From: Alphaproteobacteria bacterium
Lineage (GTDB): Bacteria > Pseudomonadota > Alphaproteobacteria > MPNO01 > UBA2964
DNA: 64,000 nt
Direction: 5' to 3'
NCBI GenBank assembly: GCA_012103315.1
Contig: WLWZ01000004.1
Span: 99,881 to 163,880, forward strand
The notes below the pieces were generated by a model. It was not told where the DNA came from and did not search any database. It was given only the letters and a program-made list of their open reading frames with translations. This document shows, piece by piece, positions 32,639 to 40,690 of this stretch. Positions within the stretch are counted from its first letter, which is position 1, and every line of letters begins with the position of its first letter. The translations under genes and the position numbers were made by a program.

Positions 32639-33610
32639 ATGAGTAAGCCCATTATCGCAGTCACCCGCCGTCTTCCCGCGGTTACGGAAGCAAGCATGAA
32701 AGAGCAATTTGACGCGCGGCTTAATCCAAATGACTTAGCCTTTTCAGCGGAACACATTATCGCAGCGTGTGATGGCGCCCAAATTTTGGTGCCGACGGTA
32801 ACGGATAAAATTGACGCTGATTTGATCAATGCCCTTCCTGTAACAATCAAAATGATTGCCAATTTTGGGGCCGGCGTTGATCACATTGATCTTGAGGCGG
32901 CAGTGGCGAAGAACGTGGTTGTTACGAATACGCCCGGTGTTTTGACAGACGATACGGCGGACTTAACGATTGCACTTTTGCTGGCGGCGCCACGCCGTTT
33001 GGACGAGGGTGCGCGCTTGGTACGGACAGGGGGGTGGGATGGTTGGACACCAACTTTTATGGTGGGCCACCGTGTAACCGGCAAGCGGCTTGGTATTATC
33101 GGGATGGGGCGCATCGGTCAGGCGGTGGCAAAGCGGGCTCGTGGATTTGATATGCAAATCCATTATCACAACCGACACCCGATTGATGAGAAGATAGAAT
33201 CCGCTTTAGAAGCGACCTATTGGGAGAGCCTTGATGAGATGCTCGTCCAGATGGATTTTGTCTCGGTCAACTGTCCCAAAACGCCAGAAACCTATCATCT
33301 GTTAAATGCTGATCGCATAGATCTACTTCAATCCCATGCAGTTGTTATTAATACTGCACGGGGTGGCATCATTGATGAAGCGGCGTTGGCGGAACGTCTG
33401 GCGAGCGGCGCGATTGCTGGCGCTGGGTTGGATGTTTATGAAAACGAGCCGGAAATACATCCAAAACTCATTGCTCTGGAAAACGTTGTGTTGGCGCCGC
33501 ACCTCGGATCTGGAACACATGAAGGCCGAGAGGCGATGGGTGACAAGGTCTTGACAAATATTGGCGCTTTTTTAAGCGGCGATACGCCGCCGGATCGCGT
33601 TCGCTCATAG
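32639..33610 (+). CDS. D-2-hydroxyacid dehydrogenase (glyoxylate/hydroxypyruvate reductase type)
   Basis: NTPGVLT, GIIGMGRIG, INTARG, GLDVYENEP and PHLGS motifs. Confidence 0.92.
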   Translation: MSKPIIAVTRRLPAVTEASMKEQFDARLNPNDLAFSAEHIIAACDGAQILVPTVTDKIDADLINALPVTIKMIANFGAGVDHIDLEAAVAKNVVVTNTPGVLTDDTADLTIALLLAAPRRLDEGARLVRTGGWDGWTPTFMVGHRVTGKRLGIIGMGRIGQAVAKRARGFDMQIHYHNRHPIDEKIESALEATYWESLDEMLVQMDFVSVNCPKTPETYHLLNADRIDLLQSHAVVINTARGGIIDEAALAERLASGAIAGAGLDVYENEPEIHPKLIALENVVLAPHLGSGTHEGREAMGDKVLTNIGAFLSGDTPPDRVRS

Positions 33611-33628
33611 TTCGGGTGCTTGGCGCCC

Positions 33629-34147
33629 TCAGGCGAAATCAGGATGAGATATAGGTTCACCCGTGTGCTCTTCGATCGTTTTGAAGAGCAGTTCTTTATT
33701 AATTGGTTTTTCGACAAAGCCATTCATTCCGGCGGCCTCGAACTTTTCTTTTGCACCGGTGACGACATCAGCTGTTAGCGCGATGATCGGAACTGACGCC
33801 GCCGGTTCCGGGAGAGAGCGGATCCGATAGGTGGCGGTAACGCCATCCATTTTTGGCATGCGCATATCCATGAGCACCAAGTCATATTCTGAGCGCGCAA
33901 CGGCTGCGATGGCATCGAGACCATTTTCAACGAAATCCAGGTGACAACCCGTAGGCTGCAACAGGCAGGTTAGAACCTTTTGGTTGGTAGGATTGTCCTC
34001 TGCTACGAGAATACGGGTAGCCTGTTTGGTTGTCTGATTAGTGACAGGCTCAAGGGCGGCGCGATTTGAAGCCGCTGCCTTTCCCTTTTTCTGCGTCGGC
34101 AGAGAATTTGTCTGCCGTGCATTCACTGATCGTTTCGTTTGAGCCAT
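33629..34147 (-). CDS. Stand-alone response-regulator receiver protein with a disordered N-terminal extension
   Basis: ILVAEDN, DLVLMDMRMPKMDG, IIALTA and KP motifs; start 34147 or 34180. Confidence 0.85.
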   Translation of the reverse strand: MAQTKRSVNARQTNSLPTQKKGKAAASNRAALEPVTNQTTKQATRILVAEDNPTNQKVLTCLLQPTGCHLDFVENGLDAIAAVARSEYDLVLMDMRMPKMDGVTATYRIRSLPEPAASVPIIALTADVVTGAKEKFEAAGMNGFVEKPINKELLFKTIEEHTGEPISHPDFA

Positions 34148-34248
34148 TGCAAGCCACCGAGTCGAATCTGAGCGTTGCAATGACCCTAGGTAAAATTGGT
34201 TAACGCGGTGTTAGCGGAAAGTTGGAGTTTTCGTGGGAGTGCCACGAG

Positions 34249-34941
34249 CTATTTCCCGCCGTGCAATTCATAGCCCATCTCATAGTGCAGATAGATTCCG
34301 TCGAAATGAAACCAACGCATCTTGGCGCTTTCTTTTACAAAATGGACACAGAGATCTTGCTGCTCACGCGATTTACAGTGTTTGACGATTAGATCGTATG
34401 CGATGCCACCATGCTCGATATCAACTTCAGAGTGGAGCCAGAAATGTTCGATCTCTTCTTCTTTGAATTTGTATATGTCTCGCAGTGCTGGCAGCAATTT
34501 TGAATATAGTCGAGGTGACTGAGACTCTGTCCCTATTCGCAGCGCTGACATTCCGCAATACCAGGGATTGTCACGAGCCGAGTCAGTTAAAAACCGTACC
34601 CAGGACCGTGTGGTTGGTAATCCCTCTCCCTTTTTGATTTTTGTCGGGCTTCCGCCATTCGCTTTCGCAAAGTTGAGCATGATATCGAGATGCGAGTGAT
34701 CGGGATCCATTTCTTCGTGAAAGTTATCGATTTCCGCGTGAATGACGTCGTCCGGTGCATCCTTGCAGACAAAGAATGTCGGAGCATTCATTTTGCTGAC
34801 CCAGTGCCACTGCTCGGCAGCCCATCCCATCATGCAACGTTTACTTACCTCACCGTTTGCCCATTTCTCGGTCATTGGATGATCCGCGCAGTGACGTTCG
34901 TTGACCGCGTCTTCCAGTCGTTTGCGAAATGTACGTGACAT
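34249..34941 (-). CDS. Heme-oxygenase-like di-metal oxidase (CADD/PqqC/TenA superfamily)
   Basis: E-x6-H (EEMDPDHSH), ESQ and H-x3-D-x2-H (HSEVDIEH) ligand set; GGAG RBS before ATG 34941. Confidence 0.8.
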   Translation of the reverse strand: MSRTFRKRLEDAVNERHCADHPMTEKWANGEVSKRCMMGWAAEQWHWVSKMNAPTFFVCKDAPDDVIHAEIDNFHEEMDPDHSHLDIMLNFAKANGGSPTKIKKGEGLPTTRSWVRFLTDSARDNPWYCGMSALRIGTESQSPRLYSKLLPALRDIYKFKEEEIEHFWLHSEVDIEHGGIAYDLIVKHCKSREQQDLCVHFVKESAKMRWFHFDGIYLHYEMGYELHGGK

Positions 34942-35034
34942 TGTTGGTCTCCCTGAGGCGCTGGATATTATGGAAACAGGGTACGGACCATGACGGTAAG
35001 GCGTCAAGCGAGTGCGGCGTTTATATCCAGGTGC

Positions 35035-35472
35035 CTATAGAAAGACGACCTGGCTGTTATCTCTCTCCGCTTCGGCCAGAAAGCTGACCAGCCCACCGCT
35101 TTGGGTGGGGATGTCGGGTCGGAATGTGGTGACGTCTAGTTTGGCCGCCTTAACGCCCATGTCACATCTAAAAAATGCAACATTGAGTTCAACGCAGGCC
35201 AAAGCAAGTTCGTCAATCGTCCCGATGCCATCACTGCCAAGTTCTGTGTTACGTTCGATTGCGGGTTTCCCATTCTCGGCGGGACCTAAGGTCGTCCATC
35301 CAGGGGTCCCATCACTACTCTCAGCCAGGAAAAATCGAAGAGCACCACCTGAAAAGAATAAGGTGACGGGCCTATCCGTTGCTGCTGCTGCGCTTGCCAT
35401 GGCGAACGCATAATGTACTCGATCAAAATCGCCTGAAAAAACGATTAAGGATAATCGGCTCCGGGTCACCAT
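35035..35472 (-). CDS. DsrE/DsrF/DrsH-like family protein
   Basis: LSLIVFSGDFDRVHYAF.MASAAAA...VTLFFS and C.MG motifs. Confidence 0.8.
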   Translation of the reverse strand: MVTRSRLSLIVFSGDFDRVHYAFAMASAAAATDRPVTLFFSGGALRFFLAESSDGTPGWTTLGPAENGKPAIERNTELGSDGIGTIDELALACVELNVAFFRCDMGVKAAKLDVTTFRPDIPTQSGGLVSFLAEAERDNSQVVFL

Positions 35473-35474
35473 GA

Positions 35475-36272
35475 TTAAGCAGCCGCGTGGATCGAGAGAT
35501 CTGAAATCGTCGGGTGATCGCCACAGAGGGGGCAGTCGCTATCTCGTTTGAGTGAGATTTTGCGATACTCCGTCTCGAGGGCGTCATACAGCATAAGCTG
35601 ACCAGATAGGCTGGTGCCGATCCCCATAAGTTCCTTTAACACTTCGGTGGCTTGCATTGACCCGACTGTCCCTGCCAGAGCGCCAAGGACACCCCCCTCA
35701 GAGCAGCTTGGCACCATGCCGGCTGGAGGCGGTTCTCGATATAAACAGCGATAACAGGGATAGTCTGCCCCTCTGTACGATTTGAAGGTGGCGATCTGGC
35801 CCTCAAAACGCAGGATGGCCCCCGATACCAACGTTTTACCAGCAAGATGGCAGGCGTCATTTACCAGGAAGCGGGTTTCAAAATTATCCGACCCATCGGC
35901 AATAATGTCATACCCTTCAATTAACGCATATATATTCTCGCTCGTCAGTCTGGTGTAGTGAGGCTGGAAGTTTACATCAGGATTGATCGCTGTAACTGCT
36001 GCTGCGGCGCTTTCTACTTTAGGAGTGCCGATATTGCCGGTCGCGTGAATAACTTGACGCTGAAGATTAGAGAGATCGACCACGTCGTCATCGACGACTC
36101 CCAGCGTACCAACACCTGCAGCAGCAAGATATAATATGAGGGGCGCCCCGAGGCCCCCGGCGCCGACGACAAGTACCTTGCCTGATAAAAGCTTCTCCTG
36201 CCCAATGCCGCCAACTTCGGGCAAGACAATATGCCGGGCGTAGCGTTGGAGCTGGTCGTCGGTGAATTCCAT
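35475..36272 (-). CDS. moeB: MoeB/ThiF-family adenylyltransferase (no rhodanese domain)
   Basis: RYARHI, GAGGLG, SNLQRQ, PCYRCL and CPLCG motifs. Confidence 0.9.
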   Translation of the reverse strand: MEFTDDQLQRYARHIVLPEVGGIGQEKLLSGKVLVVGAGGLGAPLILYLAAAGVGTLGVVDDDVVDLSNLQRQVIHATGNIGTPKVESAAAAVTAINPDVNFQPHYTRLTSENIYALIEGYDIIADGSDNFETRFLVNDACHLAGKTLVSGAILRFEGQIATFKSYRGADYPCYRCLYREPPPAGMVPSCSEGGVLGALAGTVGSMQATEVLKELMGIGTSLSGQLMLYDALETEYRKISLKRDSDCPLCGDHPTISDLSIHAAA

Positions 36273-36287
36273 GGGCGCTTTAGGGAC

Positions 36288-36737
36288 TTATGTCTTTGTG
36301 CCGGTAGATCCGAACCCGCCCTCACCGCGAGCGGTTTCGGGTAATTCGTCGGCTTCCTGCATAGACGCCTGGACGACGGGGGCGATTACCATCTGGGCAA
36401 TCCGCATACCGCGCTCAATTGTAAAATCTTCATTACCGAGGTTAACGAGAATAACTTTTACCTCGCCGCGGTAATCTGCGTCCACTGTACCGGGCGTATT
36501 GAGAACGGTCACACCATTTCGAGCGGCAAGGCCTGACCGGGGGCGAACTTGCGCCTCATATCCATCGGGCAAAGCGATTGCCAAACCTGTTGGAACCAGA
36601 GCTCGCTCACCCGGTGCCAGGACTAGGTTTTGTTCGACGGCGGCCGGCAAATCCATGCCTGCGGCAGCCGCGCTCTCATATGCCGGTAGTGGCAAGTCGG
36701 CATTATGGGGTAAACGCTTAACGGCAACCGAAACCAT
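36288..36737 (-). CDS. dut: dUTP diphosphatase
   Basis: [22 protein letters not shown] and [10 protein letters not shown] motifs. Confidence 0.97.
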   Translation of the reverse strand: MVSVAVKRLPHNADLPLPAYESAAAAGMDLPAAVEQNLVLAPGERALVPTGLAIALPDGYEAQVRPRSGLAARNGVTVLNTPGTVDADYRGEVKVILVNLGNEDFTIERGMRIAQMVIAPVVQASMQEADELPETARGEGGFGSTGTKT

Positions 36738-36747
36738 TCTAGTACCT

Positions 36748-37959
36748 CTATTCTGCGGCGGCGGGGGGATGAAGATGATCGGCAATGCGGCGCACGAGCA
36801 TGTCCGCAACTTCCTGTTTGGACATTTGCGGCCAACTTTCACTGCCGGTTTCAGTAATGAGGTGCACTTGATTGGCATCGCCACCGAAAGTACCGGTTCC
36901 TGGCGAAACATCATTAGCAACGATCCAGTCACATCCTTTGGTTTTGCGTTTGGGAACAGCCTTCTCAATCACGTCACCTGTTTCAGCGGCAAAACCGACG
37001 ACGAGACGGGGTCGATCATTCCCCGGTTGAGAGAGCGTCCGCAAAATATCGGGGTTCTCCGTAAGGGAGAGTGATGGCTCGCTACCATCTTTCTTGATTT
37101 TTTGATCGGCTTCCTGCGTCACCCGCCAATCTGAAACGGCGGCAGCGCAGACAGCTATGTCGGTAGGAAGTGCGTTCTCGCAGGCGGCTAACATTTCGCG
37201 GGCGGTTTCAACATGGACGACCTCGACCTTACTTGGGTCATGTTCGCGTGTCGGGCCGGTTATCAATGTTGTATCGGCCCCAAGCCTTGCCAACGCAGAG
37301 GCGATTGCGTGTCCTTGCTTGCCAGAAGAACGGTTTGCGATATAGCGAACAGGATCGATAGGTTCGTGTGTTGGGCCGCTAGTGACGAGCGCGCGTAGGC
37401 CGCTAAGTCGTCCGTCATCCTTAAAATGAGCTTGGATGGCAGCCAATATCTCGGCTGGTTCGACCATTCTACCTTCGCCAAACTCGCCGCAGGCCATGTC
37501 TCCGGAATCTGGTCCGAGAATCTCGATGCCACGACGGCGTAAATTTTCTAGATTGCTTACCGTTGAGTCATGCTCCCACATCCGAACATTCATGGAAGGG
37601 GCGGCCATAACCTTTTTGTCGGTTGCCAGCAAAACTGTGGTTGCGAGGTCGTCAGCGATGCCTTGCGCCATGCGGGCCAGGATATTGGCGGTGGCGGGAA
37701 CGACGATGAGTAGGTCAGCATCGCGGGAAAGATGTATATGCCCCATCTCGTGTTCGTCAGTCAGTGAAAACAGGTCTCCGTAAACCTTGTCACCGGATAA
37801 GGCCGCGACAGATAGGGGGGTGACGAACTCAGTTGCGGATTTGGTTAGAACACAGCGCACCGCAGCCCCCTGCTCTCGCAGGCGACGGATAAGCTCCAGA
37901 CACTTATAGGCGGCAATACCACCGGATATGATCAACAAGATGCGCTTGTTTTGCAGCAT
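36748..37959 (-). CDS. coaBC: Phosphopantothenoylcysteine decarboxylase/ligase
   Basis: GGIAAYK, PSMN, ACGEFG.GR and [15 protein letters not shown] motifs. Confidence 0.97.
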   Translation of the reverse strand: MLQNKRILLIISGGIAAYKCLELIRRLREQGAAVRCVLTKSATEFVTPLSVAALSGDKVYGDLFSLTDEHEMGHIHLSRDADLLIVVPATANILARMAQGIADDLATTVLLATDKKVMAAPSMNVRMWEHDSTVSNLENLRRRGIEILGPDSGDMACGEFGEGRMVEPAEILAAIQAHFKDDGRLSGLRALVTSGPTHEPIDPVRYIANRSSGKQGHAIASALARLGADTTLITGPTREHDPSKVEVVHVETAREMLAACENALPTDIAVCAAAVSDWRVTQEADQKIKKDGSEPSLSLTENPDILRTLSQPGNDRPRLVVGFAAETGDVIEKAVPKRKTKGCDWIVANDVSPGTGTFGGDANQVHLITETGSESWPQMSKQEVADMLVRRIADHLHPPAAAE

Positions 37960-38129
37960 ATTGATGAGTTCCTGACAAAAATTCTGAGAATTCGACAGTA
38001 AACTAGTGATTTAGGGCCTAAACGGCAACAATTCGCTGCAGTCGGTGAAAGCGGTTCTAAAATGACATCTCAATATCTCGTGGCATAAGCGAATCGCAGA
38101 TTCGTACCAACCCTGTATCAGGATTGGAC

Positions 38130-38151
38130 AATTTGCAGCTAATTTGCAGCT
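38130..38151. repeat. Perfect 11-bp tandem direct repeat (AATTTGCAGCT x2)
   Basis: Read directly from the sequence. Confidence 0.85.
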
Positions 38152-38192
38152 CTTCGGTTGGTTAACTAACTGAATTTAATATGTAATCTTCG

Positions 38193-38209
38193 TTGGCATG
38201 GTTCTTGCA
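38193..38209 (+). promoter_or_regulatory. Sigma54 (RpoN) -24/-12 promoter
   Basis: TTGGCATGGTTCTTGCA matches TGGCAY-N5-TTGCW with exact spacing, about 50 bp before the CDS at 38262. Confidence 0.7.
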
Positions 38210-38261
38210 TATCTTCAGGTGCCCCCCTACGGGCAGTAACGCGTAGTGAGAAAGCTATCCG

Positions 38262-39401
38262 GTGAAAATTATGGTTCGAACGTCCGTCTGCACTCTTAAT
38301 AAATTCGCACTATATAGTGCCGTGATAGGCCTATCTGTGACTTGGGCTACTGCGCCACAGGCACAAACCGGTCAATTGTCGGCGTTGGCACCGGCAACTG
38401 AAAAATCGTCACCGAACGCTGCTCCTGTTGTAACGAAGGGAACAGTTTCGGCAACACAGTTAAACGCTGCTATTCCCCGGTATCTTTCGGTTGGCAATCC
38501 GGGGCCCGGCGACGTTGTGCAACGTGCGGTTAGTTTGATGCGGTCGTTGCGGGATCAAAAGAAAGCGTTGAAGCCTGCTGAGTTGTTTCAGGTTGTAAGT
38601 AGGGTTTCTACCCTGGCAACGAAAGCGTTGACCAAGACCTCCATCACGCGGCTGGCGGTCGCGTCCGACTACAAACCCCGCAACGCAATGATCGCCCTCG
38701 ATTTCGGTCCCGCCGATGGTAAGGTCATGGATGGCTTTACCCGCGTCGTTCCCGGTGATCAACGAGTCGCAGGTGAGAGCGTTTCTGCTCTACGACGCCC
38801 AGAAGACAGTGCGTTGCTTGCAGATGGTCTTGCGGGCATTAAAACAATCTCCATCGACGTTCCTGTTGGGAGCTATCGTATTGTTTTGATGACGCAAGAC
38901 CTTGGTGATCCGCGATATAGCGCACCTTTAGGCCGCCAAATCAGAATTAACAAAATCCCGTTCTTGGTAACCAGTGGTGCCCCAGATCAATGGACGCGGG
39001 ATGCTCTGCTCTCCGGGGCTAGCGACTCGTTTGATAAGAGCGGGCTTCGTGTTGCTGGAGGCTATTTGTCGGGAGACTTAAGCAAAATTTTGCGACGTCA
39101 ACAGTTGAGACAAGTCGGTGGCGCTATTATTATCGAGGGACAGTCGAACGATGGGAAATTGGTTATCGAGCTGATCGGTTTCAAACGTGAAACGACCTAT
39201 TTGACCGGCCTCATTGTAGAGCCGCTGAACCAGGTAAGTGACGTCGTTCTCAGTAGGCCTGCCTTTAAAAAGCATGTTTCACTTCGATCGCGGTTGTCGC
39301 TTGAGGCAAAAGTACTGTCCGCCGCCGCAGAAGCGGTAGAGGGTATTGAGCCGGAAGCTGGTCAGACTCTGGAAGAAGATAAGAGCGCAACGACGAATTA
39401 A
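38262..39401 (+). CDS. Hypothetical exported protein with a possible galactose-binding-like beta-sandwich domain
   Basis: Signal-peptide-like N-terminus; LDFGPADGKVMDGFTRV and ISIDVPVGSYRIVL resemble YxiM/beta-agarase-type accessory domains. Confidence 0.6.
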   Translation: MKIMVRTSVCTLNKFALYSAVIGLSVTWATAPQAQTGQLSALAPATEKSSPNAAPVVTKGTVSATQLNAAIPRYLSVGNPGPGDVVQRAVSLMRSLRDQKKALKPAELFQVVSRVSTLATKALTKTSITRLAVASDYKPRNAMIALDFGPADGKVMDGFTRVVPGDQRVAGESVSALRRPEDSALLADGLAGIKTISIDVPVGSYRIVLMTQDLGDPRYSAPLGRQIRINKIPFLVTSGAPDQWTRDALLSGASDSFDKSGLRVAGGYLSGDLSKILRRQQLRQVGGAIIIEGQSNDGKLVIELIGFKRETTYLTGLIVEPLNQVSDVVLSRPAFKKHVSLRSRLSLEAKVLSAAAEAVEGIEPEAGQTLEEDKSATTN

Positions 39402-39424
39402 GACGCCCATACCGTTCTGATCAT

Positions 39425-39455
39425 AAAAAATGCGGCCCCAGAGGGACCGCATTTT
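39425..39455. terminator. Bidirectional terminator between convergent genes
   Basis: AAAAAATGCGG-CCCCAGAGGGA-CCGCATTTT. Confidence 0.7.
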
Positions 39456-39475
39456 CCTATCCATCAACGCTATCG

Positions 39476-40504
39476 TTACTTCTGATTGATAAGCGCCCTT
39501 ACGCGTTTGAACAGCTTATCATCAGCATTGGTAATGTGTTTTGCATGCTGCTGCTGAGGTTTCCAATCGACATAGTTCCAATCCATTTTACGTTTTTTAG
39601 CCGCTGCGATGGCTTCAGGATCGTGCGCCATTTTCTTAAATGCCGTCCGAAGTGCTTTTAGGCGCGCCTTTGGAATGCCCGGAGGCGCAATCCATGAGCG
39701 ACCGATGACGTCGTTATTACTGATCAGTTCGACGATTTTTCGATCCAAGGGGTCTTTAACCAGATCGCGGAACGTTGGGGCGTTCGGCGCATCTTTAAGG
39801 CGTGACAAAGAGTTTGCCGCCAAGACGACGACTCGGCCATCTTTAAGCCAATGTGGCCTAATCAACTGGACCGAAGACCAGCCTGATTGGAAACCATCAG
39901 CTTCTTTGCCATCCAGCGCCTTATAGACACCGGCCATACCACGATAACCCGTTACGATCTTGAATTTGGTACCGATCATGCTATTGGCAAGTTTTGGTAA
40001 GATGTAGGTCTGCGATCCTTTGCCGGTAGAGGCAAAGACGACAGACTTTTTCTTCGCCTCTTCCATTGTTTTGATGCCGGAGCGTTTTAGAACGACAAAG
40101 GCACCCTGCGGTTTGTCGACCCCGCCAAGGTAATGGAAGTTGTTGGCGACATATTTGACGCCGGTGGTCCGCATGCGCGATGCGAATGGTGTATCGGAAA
40201 GCAGAATACCGATTGCCGTTCCGTCTTTTGCCGCCCGGTTATACAGATAATTTGCCGCCTTGGTTCCGCCGGCGCCACCCATATTCTGAGTGATAAAAGT
40301 CGGGTTGCCCGGCACATGTTTCTTCATGTAACGCGCGATAAACAACGAATATTTGTGATGTCCGCCGCCAGCACGTGCCGCGACGACGATACTTACCTGT
40401 TTCCCTTTATAGAATTTTGCGATGTCATTTGCCTGAGCAACACTGCCGAACGAAGCAAGTGAAGCAAACGCTGCTAATAGTGAAACTGATTTTCCATACT
40501 TCAT
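39476..40504 (-). CDS. Bug/TctC-family tripartite tricarboxylate transporter substrate-binding protein
   Basis: Signal peptide; FYKGK.V.IVV...GGG, PGNP.F..QNM.GAGG..AANYLY and APPG.P..R...LR.AF motifs. Confidence 0.88.
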   Translation of the reverse strand: MKYGKSVSLLAAFASLASFGSVAQANDIAKFYKGKQVSIVVAARAGGGHHKYSLFIARYMKKHVPGNPTFITQNMGGAGGTKAANYLYNRAAKDGTAIGILLSDTPFASRMRTTGVKYVANNFHYLGGVDKPQGAFVVLKRSGIKTMEEAKKKSVVFASTGKGSQTYILPKLANSMIGTKFKIVTGYRGMAGVYKALDGKEADGFQSGWSSVQLIRPHWLKDGRVVVLAANSLSRLKDAPNAPTFRDLVKDPLDRKIVELISNNDVIGRSWIAPPGIPKARLKALRTAFKKMAHDPEAIAAAKKRKMDWNYVDWKPQQQHAKHITNADDKLFKRVRALINQK

Positions 40505-40690
40505 ACGTAACTCTCCCTATAGAGTGGCCTGATCTGTAGACCGATTTCAATTTTCTTATCTCAATGCCAGTTCGGCACGGATTCACAATTTGAGTGCGCG
40601 ACAAGTCTGCGCTCAAATACACCTTTAAATCAAATGGGAATTTACAATTTCCGTGGATTGAGCACCCGGAGAATCGATGACGTTACGCTT

